Part shown: piece by piece, positions 1-14,300 of the stretch
Position numbering within the stretch: position 1 is the stretch's first letter
How the letters are laid out: each line of letters begins with the position of its first letter
NCBI GenBank assembly: GCA_951406725.2
Contig: OX597815.1
Coordinates: 213,032,001-213,096,000, forward strand
Length of the DNA stretch: 64,000 bases
Reading direction: 5' to 3'
Source of the DNA: Octopus vulgaris
Taxonomy: Eukaryota
Notes under the pieces: model-generated
What the model saw: only the letters and a program-made list of their open reading frames with translations
What the model was told of the DNA's origin: nothing
Database searches by the model: none
Program-made: the position numbers and the translations under genes

Positions 1-562
1 CTTTTATCTTTTACTTGTTTCAATCATTAGACTGCAGCCATGCTGGAGCACCACTTTGGAGGGTTTTTAGTTGAACAAATCAATGCCAGGACTTATATTT
101 TTTTAAAGTCTGGTACTTATTCCATTGGTATCTCTTGCTGAACTACTAAGTTACGGGAATGTAAACACACCAATACCAGTTGTCAAGTAGTGGGGGGGGG
201 GCAAATAGAGACACAAGGCCACATACACACAAGGTAGGCTTCTTTCAGTTTCCTTTTCAACAAGTGTAAAACCAATAACTATATAACCCAACCAAAACAT
301 AATCAGAATTACTGCTTAGCCATAAAATACATCGTACATATTCAAAGAACCTTCTAGGTTTAGTGGTATGGAACAGTCTTCTGGTTCTTTTATTCTTTTA
401 CCTGTTTCAGTCATTTCAGAAATTGACCCCTGGACTTATTCCCTGTAAGCCTCGTGCTTATTCTCTCAGTTTCTTCTGCCAAACAGCTAAGTTACAGGGA
501 TGCAAACACACCAACATCGGTTGTCAAGCAATGGTGGTGGGGGGACAAACACACACATACAT

Positions 563-593
<31 letters not shown>

Positions 594-2939
594 TATGTGT
601 GATGGGCTTCTTCATTTTCTGTCTACCAAATTCACTCACCAGGCTTTGAATGGCCCAAGGCTATGGTAGAAGACACTCTTTAAAGTATAAAGTTGAATTT
701 CATGTAGCCACCTGTTAGCAACTTTTCTCCCCCACCCATTTTGCAGGGGGTATTACCCATTTTTCTGGGCTCTTTTCACAGCTATACCCCATTCGAAATT
801 TGCATAAATTTTTGTATGTATGTAAAAAAAAAAGAAAAATGAAAGGGAGAGGGGCTTGTTTGTAGTTTGTAGAGAAAACGTTAAATGTGTCTGAAAAATA
901 AACATGGTCTTTCCCTGCCAACGAAAAGACATGAAGGACTATGAAAGAAGGTGAATAAATACCAGGGGTGGGGGAAAGAAAAGAGAACTAATGGTCGATC
1001 GTTCTAGAACTCCCAGAATAAAAACGTAAACACCTGAAAAGACTTTCCCACTTCTTCATTACTAAATGTCTTTCCCTCTTCTTCATTGTTAAAAGTAAAG
1101 AAGCTAGAAAAGATTGATCGTATTTCAGTCTAATTGTCATCGTAAATGACTGAGGCTTTTCTTTCTCTCTCTCTTTATTCCTTTTTTTTTACGGTTAAGA
1201 GAGTGTAGGTGCATGGCTCGGCGGTCAGGGGTATTCAGCTCATGATCATAAAGTTGTGAATATGATTCCCTGCAATGCACTGTGTTCTTGAGCAAGGTAC
1301 TCTACTTCAATTTGCTGCTGTCCACTCAGCTGGCAAAATTGAGTTGTAGCTGAGATTCAAAGGGGCTAGCCATGTCATATTCTGAATCTCCCCGAGAACT
1401 ACATAATGGTAAGCATTTCTGTGGAGTACTCAGCCACTTGCATGTTGATTTTACAAGCAGACTGTTCCGTTGATCAGATAAATAGGAACCGTGTCGTCAT
1501 AACCGACGGATTGCCATTTTTTAAAAAGAGTGAAAGAAAAAGAAATGTTCAAATCGTAAAGCAAAAATGTTATGTGTTTAGTATAAGCAGTGAAAGCTGA
1601 GGTGAAATAACTTCTATTCTGTCACCCTCGACTCATCCCCAGTTTGATAACAGCCTGCACATTGGTGTTTATCCGGAGGCCAAGCCTCCAGATCTGTGAG
1701 ATCCAAAAATGCTGCTGTTAGGACCAGATTAACACTCATAGTGACCCTAACGACTAAAAAGATTTTCCTGCCCCTATACAGGAACTTTTTTCATTTTCTT
1801 CTAACCACTTGAAGGTTTATCTTGCTCCAGTGCACTCGGCTGGTCAAAATGACTTGTAGCTAGAATTGAAAGGGGCCAGCCTTATATTTTGTGTGAGGCT
1901 GAATCTCTCTGAGTATTATGTTAATGGTATGCATGTCTGTGGAGTACTCAGCCACTTGCAAGTTAATTTTATCCTCGTGTGGTAATGAAAAGTGAAAGTG
2001 ACATCCAATATTTGCTGTAGTTATTCGTCTTTGATCTAACAATGTGTTTATGTATCTATGTATCAACTTTTCTTTCCATCTATGTATCTACTTTTCTTGT
2101 GATGTGATAAACAGTTAAAAACACAAAACAAACGCCATCACTACTCACTGTCTCTCTCACTTCCTCTCTTCTGCTTTGCCACTCATTTCTTCCTTTGAAG
2201 TAAATTGTGACACACACCACAGGTACATATGTACAAAAACAAGTTGATGCATTAATATTATTGATTGTTATGCTTTCCAACTTTTTACACTGTGTTCAAA
2301 TCCCACCAAGGTCAACTTTGCTTTTCATCCTTTCAGGGTCAATAAAATAATGTACCAGCCAAGTATTGAGACCAATGGTATCAACCCTTCTCCTCAGAAT
2401 TTCTAGCCGTGTGCCTAAACTAGTAAAATTTATATCCTTAGTTTCAGTCATACCAGGCATGGGGATCATCTTTAATGGTCTGTTTGATGATATTAACCCC
2501 AGCATTCATTTTCTTTCAGATCTGTCTTATTTTATCGAATTCTATTTGTGAAACTGCTAATTCACAGAACTCAAATAAACATGAACTTGAAAACAGAACC
2601 AAACACAGGTAGGTTGTGTGTAATTTAATGTCTGTTTTCCATGCTAGCATGGGTTTGATGGTTTGACAGGGGCTGGCTAAACAGAAGACACTGCACCAGG
2701 CTTCACTGTCTGTTTTGCAGGGTTTTTACAGCTGGATGCCCTTCCTAACACCAACCATCTTGCAGAGTAAGCTGAGTGCTTTTTACATGGCAGCAGCAAG
2801 GTCTGTTTTGGCATGGTTTTTACAACTAGATGCCCTTCCAAGCTAAATATACATGTGTATGTGTATATATAAATATATTCACACACACATATATATGTAT
2901 ATATATATATATGTATATATATGTATATATATAAAACGA

Positions 2940-3241
2940 TAAACATCGCCCTTTTCAATCCTAGCCAGGCTCATGGGCCCGGTTTCTGTGGCATATGTGT
3001 TCCCCCCAGCCGGACGGGACGCCAGTCCATTGCAGCGTTACTCAAGAAACAGGAAGAGAGAGTGAGAGAAAGTTGTGGTGAAAGAGTACAACAGGGGTCG
3101 CCACCACCCCCAGTCAGAGCCTCGTGGAGCTTTTAGGTATTTTCGCTCAATAAACACACACAACGCCCAGTATGGGAATTGAAACTGCGATCCTCCGACT
3201 GCGAGTCCACTACCCTAACCACTGGGCCATTGCACCTCCAC
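2940..3241 (-). mobile_element. tRNA-derived SINE family C
   Basis: Head tggcccagtggttaggg..ggactcgc..gtttcaattcc; tail gcccatgagcctggctagg. Confidence 0.8.
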
Positions 3242-3301
<60 letters not shown>

Positions 3302-3522
3302 TGAAACCAATATATATATGTATGTATGTGTGTGTATATAGACATACACACACATATATATTATCCATTATTTTATACTAGCAGGCGCACCCCCAGGATA
3401 TCTCACAGTGGGACTTGAACTCAAAACTGTGTGGTTGTGAAGCATATACTTCTTAACCAACCAGCCATGCCTGTAACTAAATGCTTACATAAGAAAAGAA
3501 AATATTTTTTCAAAAATCTTAC

Positions 3523-3788
3523 CAAGAAATAAACTGTGTTGTGTTGTAATATTTTGCATCATTTGTCAAACCAAAAGAAATATAAGTACTTTGCATGGAG
3601 ATATCATGCCTCATCTTGAAGAATTTATAAGCAACACTCTCATTTACAGCACCAGCAGTAGAATTCCATAACTGATAGACTTGAACCGCAGTGGAATCTT
3701 TGCGTTCATATTCATCTGTTAAATAGCAGACAGCTTTCCATTGCATGAAACTGTGGTAGGATTTCTTATGGGAGGACCAAGTAGTGAC
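3523..3788 (-). CDS. GLMP: GLMP exon 5 (VTTWSS...FMQWKAVCY...TQFISW)
   Basis: Acceptor catttacag, donor TG|gtaaga, 266 nt. Confidence 0.88.
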
Positions 3789-5076
3789 CTGTAAATGATT
3801 GAAACGTCAGCAAAATAAGAAAACTAGACAAACTGAGACAAAACTTTATAAACAGGATTAAATAACATAATTTACATCTATTTTTGTGAAACTTTTCACA
3901 ACTAAAAACCTTCTAAATAACTGTATGTATACCTATATTATACACTTCAGATATTATTATTGTTTAAACTGTGTTCAGTATAAATACTGTTTGATTAGAT
4001 ATGCAACTAATTAACATGTTATATGCAGATCAAGAAGGACTGTTAATGTAACTTCCGGTTATGTTACTTATACTCTGTAATAACGAATTTAAAGAAATAT
4101 TATTTAATAACAATTTGTCCAACCCATGCTAGCATGGAAAGCAGACGTTAAACGATGATGAATTATGTGTTAGTAAACTCATTGGAGGAACGTAAAATTA
4201 AATGTAAACATAAGTGAAATTATCTATATAATAGGCTTAGCTAATAAATAAATGATTATATAAATTTTTAAGATATATTAATTATAGTAATATAAATTAA
4301 TTTAAATATAATATATATATTTAGTTTACTTACTTATTATTTAGACTTTAAATTTATAGTAAATAGTTATAATATAAATATAAAGAAACTAACATTTTTT
4401 TATAAGCACCAAAATGTGTATATAAATATATATGTACAAATAAGATGATAATTTATTTTCAAATGCAGAGATGCCATTAGAACAGCAGGAATCTTGGGTA
4501 AATTACCCTTACAAAGTGGAAAAATTTGTCAACCACCAGCTATGGGAATCAAACCCATATCACTTGAAGATTCCAGCCAAATGCTTTACCATTAAGCTAA
4601 ACTGCCCAGTAACAAATCCATCTGCTTTTAGATGCTTTTAAAGCTAAATGTGTAACCATGTTTTTTTTTTATTTATTTGTTTGATTCCCATTGCTGGTAG
4701 TTGACAAACTATATATATATATATACATACAGTGAAGCAAACGAGAAAAATAGAACTCAGAGTATGGGTATATGCATATGAGTTTCATGTGTCGGCACTT
4801 ATCAAACTCTTTGATAAGTGCCAATGCACAAAACTCATGGCCCTTGACTCACTCTGTTGCTTGTGCTAAATATTAATACATATGTATATTGATCGCTAGC
4901 CACTAAACCTTTTTTATATTTTCTCTCTATTTATTTCTGTGTTCCTTTCTGTTGAAGAGCATAGGCTCGAAACATAAAATACTTGCTCACTTCCCAAGTG
5001 TTAAACTAATACATCTGTTTCTTGTTTACACACCCATCTTCATCTTTTGTTTTGTTTGTTTTTTTTTTGTAAATTC

Positions 5077-5117
<41 letters not shown>

Positions 5118-6537
5118 GTGTCGGTGGCACATAAAAAAACACCATCCGAGCGTGGCCGTTCGCCAGCCTCGTCTGGCACCTGTGTCGGTGGCACATAAAA
5201 AACACCATCCGAGCATGGTCGTCTGCTAGCCTTGTCTGGCACCTGTGTCGGTGGCACATAAAAACACCATCCGAGTGTGGCCGTTCGCCAGCCTCGTCTG
5301 GCACCTGTGTCGGTGGCACATAAAAACACCATCCGAGCGTGGTCGTCTGCCAGCCTTGTCTGGCACTTGTGTCGGTGGCACATAAAAACACCATCCGAGC
5401 GTGGTCGTTCGCCAGCCTCGTCTGGCACCTGTGTCGGTGGCACATAAAAAAAAAAAAACACCATCCGAGCGTGGTCGTCTGCCAGCCTTGTCTGGCACCT
5501 GTGTCGGTGGCACATAAAAACACCATCCGAGCGTGGTCGTTCGCCAGCCTCGTCTGGCACCTGTGTCGGTGGCACATAAAAAAAAAAACACCATCCGAGC
5601 GTGGTCGTCTGCCAGCCTTGTCTGGCACCTGTGTCGGTGGCACATAAAAACACCATCCGAGCGTGGCCGTTCGCCAGCCTCGTCTGGCACCTGTGTCGGT
5701 GGCACATAAAAAAACACCATCCGAGCGTGGTCGTCTGCCAGCCTTGTCTGGCACCTGTGTCGGTGGCACATAAAAACACCATCCGAGCGTGGCCGTTCGC
5801 CAGCCTCGTCTGGCACCTGTGTCGGTGGCACATAAAAAAACACCATCCGAGCGTGGTCGTCTGCTAGCCTTGTCTGGCACCTGTGTCGGTGGCACATAAA
5901 AACACCATCCGAGCGTGGTCGTTCGCCAGCCTCGTCTGGCACCTGTGTCGGTGGCACATAAAAAAAACACCATCCGAGCGTGGTCGTCTGCCAGCCTTGT
6001 CTGGCACCTGTGTCGGTGGCACATAAAAACACCATCCGAGCATGGCCGTTCGCCAGCCTCGTCTGGCACCTGTGTCGGTGGCACATAAAATCACCCACTA
6101 CACTCTCGGAGTGGTTGGCGTTAGGAAGGGCATCCAGCTGTAGAAACACTGCCAGATCTGACTGGCCTGGTGCAGCCTTCGGGCTCCCCAGACACCAGTT
6201 GAACCGTCCAACCCATGCTAGCATGGAAAGCGGACGTTAAATGATGATGATGATGATCATGATATAAATATAAATATATATATCATCATTGTTTTAATGT
6301 CCCACTTTTCCATGTTTGTATGAGTCGGATGGAGTTTATTGAAGCAGATATTCTATGACCAGATGTGTTTCCTGTTGCTAACACTGACCTGTTTCCAAGC
6401 AAGGTAATGTTTTCCTACAGCCACACAGATTATCACAGAATATTGGAAATGATGGTTGCTGCCTACATGACAGTGACGACAATCATTTACAACCATCAAG
6501 CAATGTCAAGTCAAGGAGACACAAACATATGCATACA

Positions 6538-6578
<41 letters not shown>

Positions 6579-7388
6579 TATATACATATATATATAAATT
6601 AATTTAAACAGCTAGGAACAATATAAGACCATAAAGGAAAAATTTTATTGTCACTAATTGTGATTGCACCTATATTGCAAGAAATAAGAGTTAAAACCCT
6701 TAATGCTGTATGAAGCGCACGATATATATTCACTGAGAGTGGAGATAACCTCCCCATGACAAGATTAGTTATGTCTATCAGCCATAATTTTGCCAGCAGT
6801 GACTGCTTTGTTGCTTAGACTGTTTGGCTAAATCAATCTGCCATATAAATTTATGGCAGATTTAGCGCAGTGCAAATATGTATACTAAAAATGAATATGA
6901 ACAGCAAGGCACAACATAAGACCACAAAGAAAGTAGTCTACAAATACCAAATATCAGCATCAAAAGTGTAGTTACTTACCTTAAATACACCAGGAGTATA
7001 TTCATCATCTAATGACTTTACTGAGTTTACGTCAAATTTGCTTTGATAAGAAGAGATATAGGTGGTATTGAGGGCAAAACGTGAATTAGCAAAATCTGCA
7101 GGAACCCCATCAACGCTGAATCCCACGAGAGTCAAATTATCATTTAATTGCAAGTGAGGAAGTTGCGTCTGACGAGCATCGTTACTGACTTGGAACTGGA
7201 GAGAAACAAAATAGACAAAATTAAGTTAATGAGTAAGCTTTATAAATGAATTTAAATATCTTACATGTGTTCAATATCTATGCAGGGGTTCAGTCTCACT
7301 GCATGGGACCATGGTACCATGTAGTCCTCAATTAACCAAAGCTTTATGAGTGGATCTGGTAAATGGAAACTGAAAGCAGTCTGTTGTA

Positions 7389-7421
<33 letters not shown>

Positions 7422-7560
7422 TATCCGCACCAACGCACGGTTGCAACACCATATGGTTGTACCTCCAACCGTGCTGTTTTACTGCTGTGATTTTTGCTAC
7501 TAAGGTATCGGTTAAACTTTTGATTAATCTACTACAAGATTATTCATCTTTCTATTTCAC

Positions 7561-7599
<39 letters not shown>

Positions 7600-10574
7600 C
7601 CTATCAAATATTTTGAGGGATTGAAAACTGATTTTGAACATCGGAGCACTGTTAAATCATTATTTAAGAAACAGACAAAAATTCAGTGGATTGAATGCTT
7701 CCTACAAAATTGCAAAAGTTATTGCAAAAAGGTGCACATATGATAGCAGAAAAAACTATTGTGCCTGCATCAGAAGCAGTAATATCATCATCATCATCAT
7801 CATCATCGTTTAGCGTCCGCTTTCCATGCTAGCATGGGTTGGACGGTTCTACTGGGGTCTGTGAAGCCAGAAGGCTTCATCAGGCCCAGTCAAATCTGGC
7901 AGTGTTTCTACGGCTGGATGCCCTTCCTAACGCCAACCACTCCGTGAGTGTAGTGGGTGCTTTTTACGTGCCACCCGCACTGGTGCCAGACAGAGCTGGC
8001 AAACGGCCACGAACGGATGGTGCTTTTTATGTGCCACCGGCACGAGGGCCAGGCGAAGAAGTTACAAATCAAGATCCTTCATCTATCATTAAAGCTCATC
8101 CTTTGAGTAATGATTCTATCTGTAAGAGAATTGATGAAATGTCAGGTCATATCAAAGACATACTAATTCAAAGATTGAAAACAATGACATTTTTTAATCA
8201 AACTGACGAAAGCACAGTTATTGACAATAAGGCCCTTTTAATGGGATATCTGTGATATTTTGATAGAAACTGTGCCTTACAAGATTTATTATTTGTAAAA
8301 CTGTTGGAGACTGACACAACGGGCACTTCTACATTTGAAGAAAAAGAAATTCCATATTATGAAAATTTAGTTTTATGTGCTACAGATGGTGCAATGTCTA
8401 TGGTTGAGAAACACAAAGGATTTATCTCTCATTTAAAAAAGTTGTATCCCCAAATTCTAGTTATACATTGTGTGCTACACAGGCATAGCCTCGTGGCTAA
8501 AAAATATAAGCCCTATTTTAAATCAGTCATTGAACACTGTTATAAAAACAATAAACAAAATGAAATCTAACAGTAAATGTGACTGTCTTTTTTGAAAATT
8601 TTGTGCCGATGCAGATGAACAATATATAAGACTTCTTTTGCATACCGATGTCCATTGGCTTTCCAAAGGCAACTGCTTGGAAAGATTTGTAAAGTTATTT
8701 AATACAATAGTTGTATTCTTACTAACAGAAGGACACTCAGACTTAGCTGCTGAAATTCAAGCTCAAAAGAACATACACTTAGTTGGATTTTTGGTAAGCT
8801 GAACGAGGTCTCTCTTCTGCTGCAGGGGAAAATGATAATGCTGACAGATTGTAAATGGGTGATGAGAGTTAAAAGCTCAATCTTTTTCAAGTTAATTCAA
8901 AACTAGGATGGTTTCATAATTTACCCAAACTAGCAGAAATCGACTTATGTGAAAATGACATTGGTATTTATTGTGACCATCTGTCTACCTTGATAAATGA
9001 TCTAGAAACCAAATTTGCCGATTTATTTAACTTCACTATTCAGCCATGGATGACTGACCCCTTCAATTGTGATCCTCACATCCTCACAGTGCACACGAAA
9101 ATATCCAGGAGGCAGTCATCGAGATGAAATGTAAAGATGAATTTCAAACTAAGTTCAAAAAAGAAAGATTGTCTCAATTTTGGCAATCAGACACTGCAAA
9201 ATCACTCTCTCCAAATTTGTGGTCACAAATGTCGAAAATCCATTTCTGTTTCCCGACATCATATCTTGTCAAAACAGGTTTTAGTACTGTCAGTCACATT
9301 TTGCAGAAGGAAAGAAACAGAGTTGACATTGTTTCACGTGGATATATTCATATCAGTTTGAGTAGCATTAAGCCTGACATTGAATTTTTAGTGGAACAGC
9401 ACCAATCTCAGGGCTCACCTTAGTCAGTCCTTTTCTACATTTAAATTTAGAATAAAGAGTTATTTTAATTCGTTTTTCTTTTGTACAAAATTGTTTAGTG
9501 TTGATTAGTCATAATTACATTATATTTAATATTTGTTATCATTTTTTGGTGAATGATTATCAATTAGCTTATGTCAAAAATAGCTTTTAGTGGGTGATGG
9601 CCAGGAAAAGGTCAAGAACCACTGCATGAGACAATACTGAAAGATATGCAAAAAGTTAGGATGGTCATGGCAAAAAAACTTGTCATAAGTCTGCTTGATC
9701 CACCTACAAATTCTCAGTTCCTGAAGAATCCTAATTCCTAGAAATACTCTTTAATTTCTATGTATTCTTCAATCAAAATCAAATGATTTTCAAGTCCCTT
9801 CAACATCTTAAGATAGGTTTAAAATTTGAGAATATATTCTTTTGTCATTAATGATGATTTCAGTATTAAGTTTTAAAAAAAAATAATTTTTCATTCTTAA
9901 ACAAAGTTGAACATGCTTGGCAGATTTAAAATTTTCAAATGAAATATCGGTACACTTCAATAATTACAAATTTTTAAAGAATAAATAAAAACAATTTTAC
10001 TTACATCAAACTGAAAGCTTCCATTACCCCTAAAAGTTTCCAAAACAACCAAGTTATCATCTGGTTTAGATTTGTTTTGTGAAATTTTCCATATCATATC
10101 TCCTGTGGAGTAATTTTGCCATCCAGTGAAGTTTGCATCCAAAAGATTTGCACTATCACCAGTGTCATTATATGTTATAATCTGGAAGTCAAAAAGAGAA
10201 TACAAGAATAACAACTTTCTGACCTCAATTACACAAACCACACAACACACATCAAACAGACATTACATATTTACATTTTTTTTAAACTATGAGAGCAACT
10301 GAAAATGGCATATATTAAAAAAAAAGACTAAAATGAGTGCTCAGGGGAAGTTGAACCAACATTGCCTAGCTGACACCTTCGTGGAATGATTGTTATGTTA
10401 CAGGAGTGGCTGTCTGGTAAGGAGCTTGCTTACCAACTACATGATTCCAGGTTCAGTCCCACTGCGTGGCATCTTGGGCAAGTGTCTTCTACTATAGCCT
10501 CAGGCCAACCAAAACCTTGTGAGTGGATTTGGTAGACGGAAACTGAAAGAAGCCCATCGTGTGTGTATGTATGA

Positions 10575-10609
<35 letters not shown>

Positions 10610-11345
10610 TGTATGTATATGTTTGTGTGTCTGTGTTTGTCCCCCCAGCATCGCATGACAACCGATGCTGGTGTGTTTACGTCCCAGTAACTTTGTGGCT
10701 CGGCCAAAGAGACCGATAGAATAAGTGCTAGGCTTACAAAGAATAAGTCCTGGGGTTGATTTGCTCAACTAAAGGTGGTGCTCCAGCATAGCCACAGACA
10801 AATGACTGAAACAAATAAAAGAATAAATGCAAACCCCATGAGACTCAGCAATGAAAATAACTTTGATTTGATTCCTTTGCGACTATCTTTTTTTTATCCT
10901 AATGTGGCCAAGACAGTTTTTATGCAACCCTAGTACTGTTGAGACCATCTCTTGTGATCCTAGCATGATTGAGACTGTCCTCTTTTGATCCTAGTATGAT
11001 CGTCTTGTGGTCCTAGCATGCTTGAAACTGTCTTTAGGAATCCCAAGTTGGTTAAGATTTGGCTTTTGTAATCTAAGACTGTTAAAGCAGTCTTTTGTGA
11101 TCTTAGCATTGTTTAGACTGTTGTCTGAGATACAAAGATGGTTGAGGCTGTCCTTTTGGAATCTAAGCATAGGTGAGTTCATAATTTGTAATTCTAGAAT
11201 AGTTCTATGTCCTTAGATAACCATGTTTGCTTTTACCAAGTGTGGAGTTTCTTTTAACTGATTAAATTTGATTCTTTATTTCCCAATCACAAGTGCTGAC
11301 TTTTTTTTTTGCCCAATTCACTTTGATGCTTTGCTCTAATTATTA

Positions 11346-11378
<33 letters not shown>

Positions 11379-14300
11379 CAGACAAACAGACAGACAGATA
11401 TATATATATATTTATAAATGAGGGTGAAAAATTTGATATTAATTTAATAATACCATCAATTTAACACCAAGTGGCTTAGCACATAAAAACCAAGGGATTT
11501 TTCACCCTCATTTATAAACTTAATTATACTGCAGTAAATATTTTATGCAGTACTCGTTTCCAGTAAGTCTTATCGCTCTTTTGGCGGGGGAATTTGAATC
11601 ATAACTACGAATACAATCGGTTAAACCGCACGTGTATTTGCCGCTCGCTGTGATTTAATAAATTGTATTTAAGACAAACCTCTGCTGAAGATTTATGGAT
11701 GTTGTGTAAGTAAAAATGCATACTACATTAATAATGAAACAATTGTTCAGGGTTAATCTATTTTTTTCGTTATATTTCACTTACATTAAATGTAGTGGTA
11801 TTTCTTCTTGGAAACAACTTTTAGTGGCTATACCATTAGCGGATCTATTTTTAGCACTAGAGTGAACCACATAGTGGTCACTCTCTCATATTTATATATA
11901 TATATATATATATATCAATGGAATCTGTATGAACATCAATGGAATCTGTATCTTTGTGGTGAACATCAATGGAATCTGTATCTTTGTGGTACCAGTGCCG
12001 GTGGCACACACTTTGTGGTACCAGTGCCGGTGGCACACAAGAGAACCATCCAAACGTGGCCGTAGCCAGTTCCGCATCGACCGGCCTCCGTGCTGTGGGC
12101 ACGTAACAAACACCATCCGATCATGGCCGTTCGCCAGCCTCATCTGGCACCTGTGTCGGTGGCACATAAAAACACCTTCCGAAGACCCGGCAAGACTAGT
12201 CAGTCCACCTGTGCATACCTTCCTTCTTGTGACACTTGTGAAGACCGGTTGAGGCAAGTGAAAATCAAATCAAATCAAATCAAAATAGACAAAATAGATG
12301 AACATCAATGGAATTTGTATCTTGTGGTACCAGTGCCTGTGGCACACAAGAAATCCATCAGTGCTGTAGTCAGTGCGGTGGGCACATGACAAACACCATC
12401 CGATCGTGGCCGTTCGCCAGCCTCATCTAGCACCTGTGTCGGTGGCACATAAAAACACCATCCGAAGACCCGGCAAGACTAGTCAGGCCATAACCCATGG
12501 CCCCTACCTGGGACGTAGTCAGTCCACCTGTGCATACCTTCCTTCTTGTGACACTTGTGAAGACCTGTTGAGGCAAGGGAAAATCAAAACAAATCAAAAT
12601 AGATGAACATCAATGGAATTTGTATCTTTGTGGTACCAGTGCCGGTGGCACGTGGCACACAAGAAAACCATCCGAACGTGGCCGTAGCCAGTACCGCATC
12701 GACTCGCCTCCGTGCTGTGGGCACGTAACAAGCACCATCCGATCATGGCCGTTTGCCAGCCTCATCTGGCACCTGTGTCGGTGGCACATAAAAACACCAT
12801 CCGAGCGTGGCCGTCTGCCAGCCTCGTCTGGCACCTGTGTCGGTGGCACATAAAATCACCCACTACACTCTCGGAGTGGTTGGCGTTAGGAAGGGCATCC
12901 AGCTGTAGAAACACTGCCAGATCTGACTGGACTGGTGCAGCTTTCGGGCTCCCCAGACCCCAGTTGAACCGTCCAACCCATGCTAGCATGGAAAGCGGAC
13001 GTTAAATGATGATGATGATGATGATGATATATAAAAGTGAGCTGGCAGAATAGTTAGCATGCTAGGCATAATACTTAGCAGCATTTTGTCTGTCTTTAAG
13101 TTCTGAGTTCAAATGTTGCTGAGGTTGACTTTGCCTTTCATCCTTTCAGGGTTGGTAAAATAAGTACTAGTTGAGCACAATATATATATCAGACATGTGA
13201 AGTACTCATGTACACTTTTTCCCGGCTCTCTCTTTCTTATCTCTTTTCCTCCATTCTTTCTCTTCCTCCCTGGGCTTTTATCTGCATATCCAGTGAAGGA
13301 CATTGTCTGAAACACACTTTTACTTCATAAGTTTTTGCCTTCTTTGGGCATCAAATTATAATAATATTAACTGTGAATGTCCCTAGAACTTTTGTTGCTT
13401 TTTATAACTGATTTGGTGTTTTGCTATTGATTTGCTCTCTCTCTCTCTCCCTCCCTCTCTAAGAGAAAGATAAGGAGAGAAAGAGAGAGGGAGGGCAGAC
13501 AGACAGATCAAATGATCAAGTACTTAATAATGGTTTCAAATTTTGGTAGTGTGCCAGAGAGAGGATGTGTTGATTACATCTTATGCATTTTATCGACACT
13601 AAAAGGATGAAAGGTAAAGTTGACCAATGGTGGAATTTGAACATAAAGACAAATTGCCGCCAAGCATTTTGCCCAGCATGCTGATGATTCTGTCAGTTTG
13701 CTACCTTTTAAATACTTAATATGGTAATAGATTATTCAGGTGGAGGTAAAAGAGTAACGTCCATGACCTTTGTCCTCTCAGACCGGTGGGTTCTGTGAGG
13801 TTGATGCTTAACGTATTACAACTGACGTCTCATTATTTAGGCCCTGTAATAATTATAATAATTTACAATAATTAAAATATAAATGTCTTACTTACCTGAT
13901 TAAATATTATGCCATATGAGTAAATTTCACTTGTAGGTGATTCCAGAGTAACTGATGGAGGCATTTCTGAACAGTTGAGTTGCAGCTCAGCATCCTTTAC
14001 AGTCTTTATGGCCAATAGAGACATTAGCTCAGCAGAACTGTATACATAATGGAGAGTGTCTTCATTTCCAACAGCTTTTGTATAGGCCAAAGTGACATTC
14101 TTGGGGCAGCTTTTCCCCCAATTCATATCAGTGGAAATCTAGTAAAATAAAAAGAGGAATTAAGATTTTGAAAATTACAATTGAGAAAATAATGTAAAGA
14201 TAAATAAAGAAAAAAATGTTGTGATCAAAATATGTATTTCTTTACTACCCACAAGGGGCTAAACATAGAGGGGACAAACAAGGACAGACAAACGAATTAA

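Noticed and set aside
1-3500. Final GLMP transmembrane exon
   Set aside because: No phase-2 acceptor followed by a TM segment was found; it is presumed to lie outside the window
5117-6090. CRISPR-like array or long repetitive ORFs (275-352 aa)
   Set aside because: There are no unique spacers and no cas genes, and the context is a eukaryotic intron. All three minus frames are open and shift at variable A-runs, so the ORFs are repeat artefacts.
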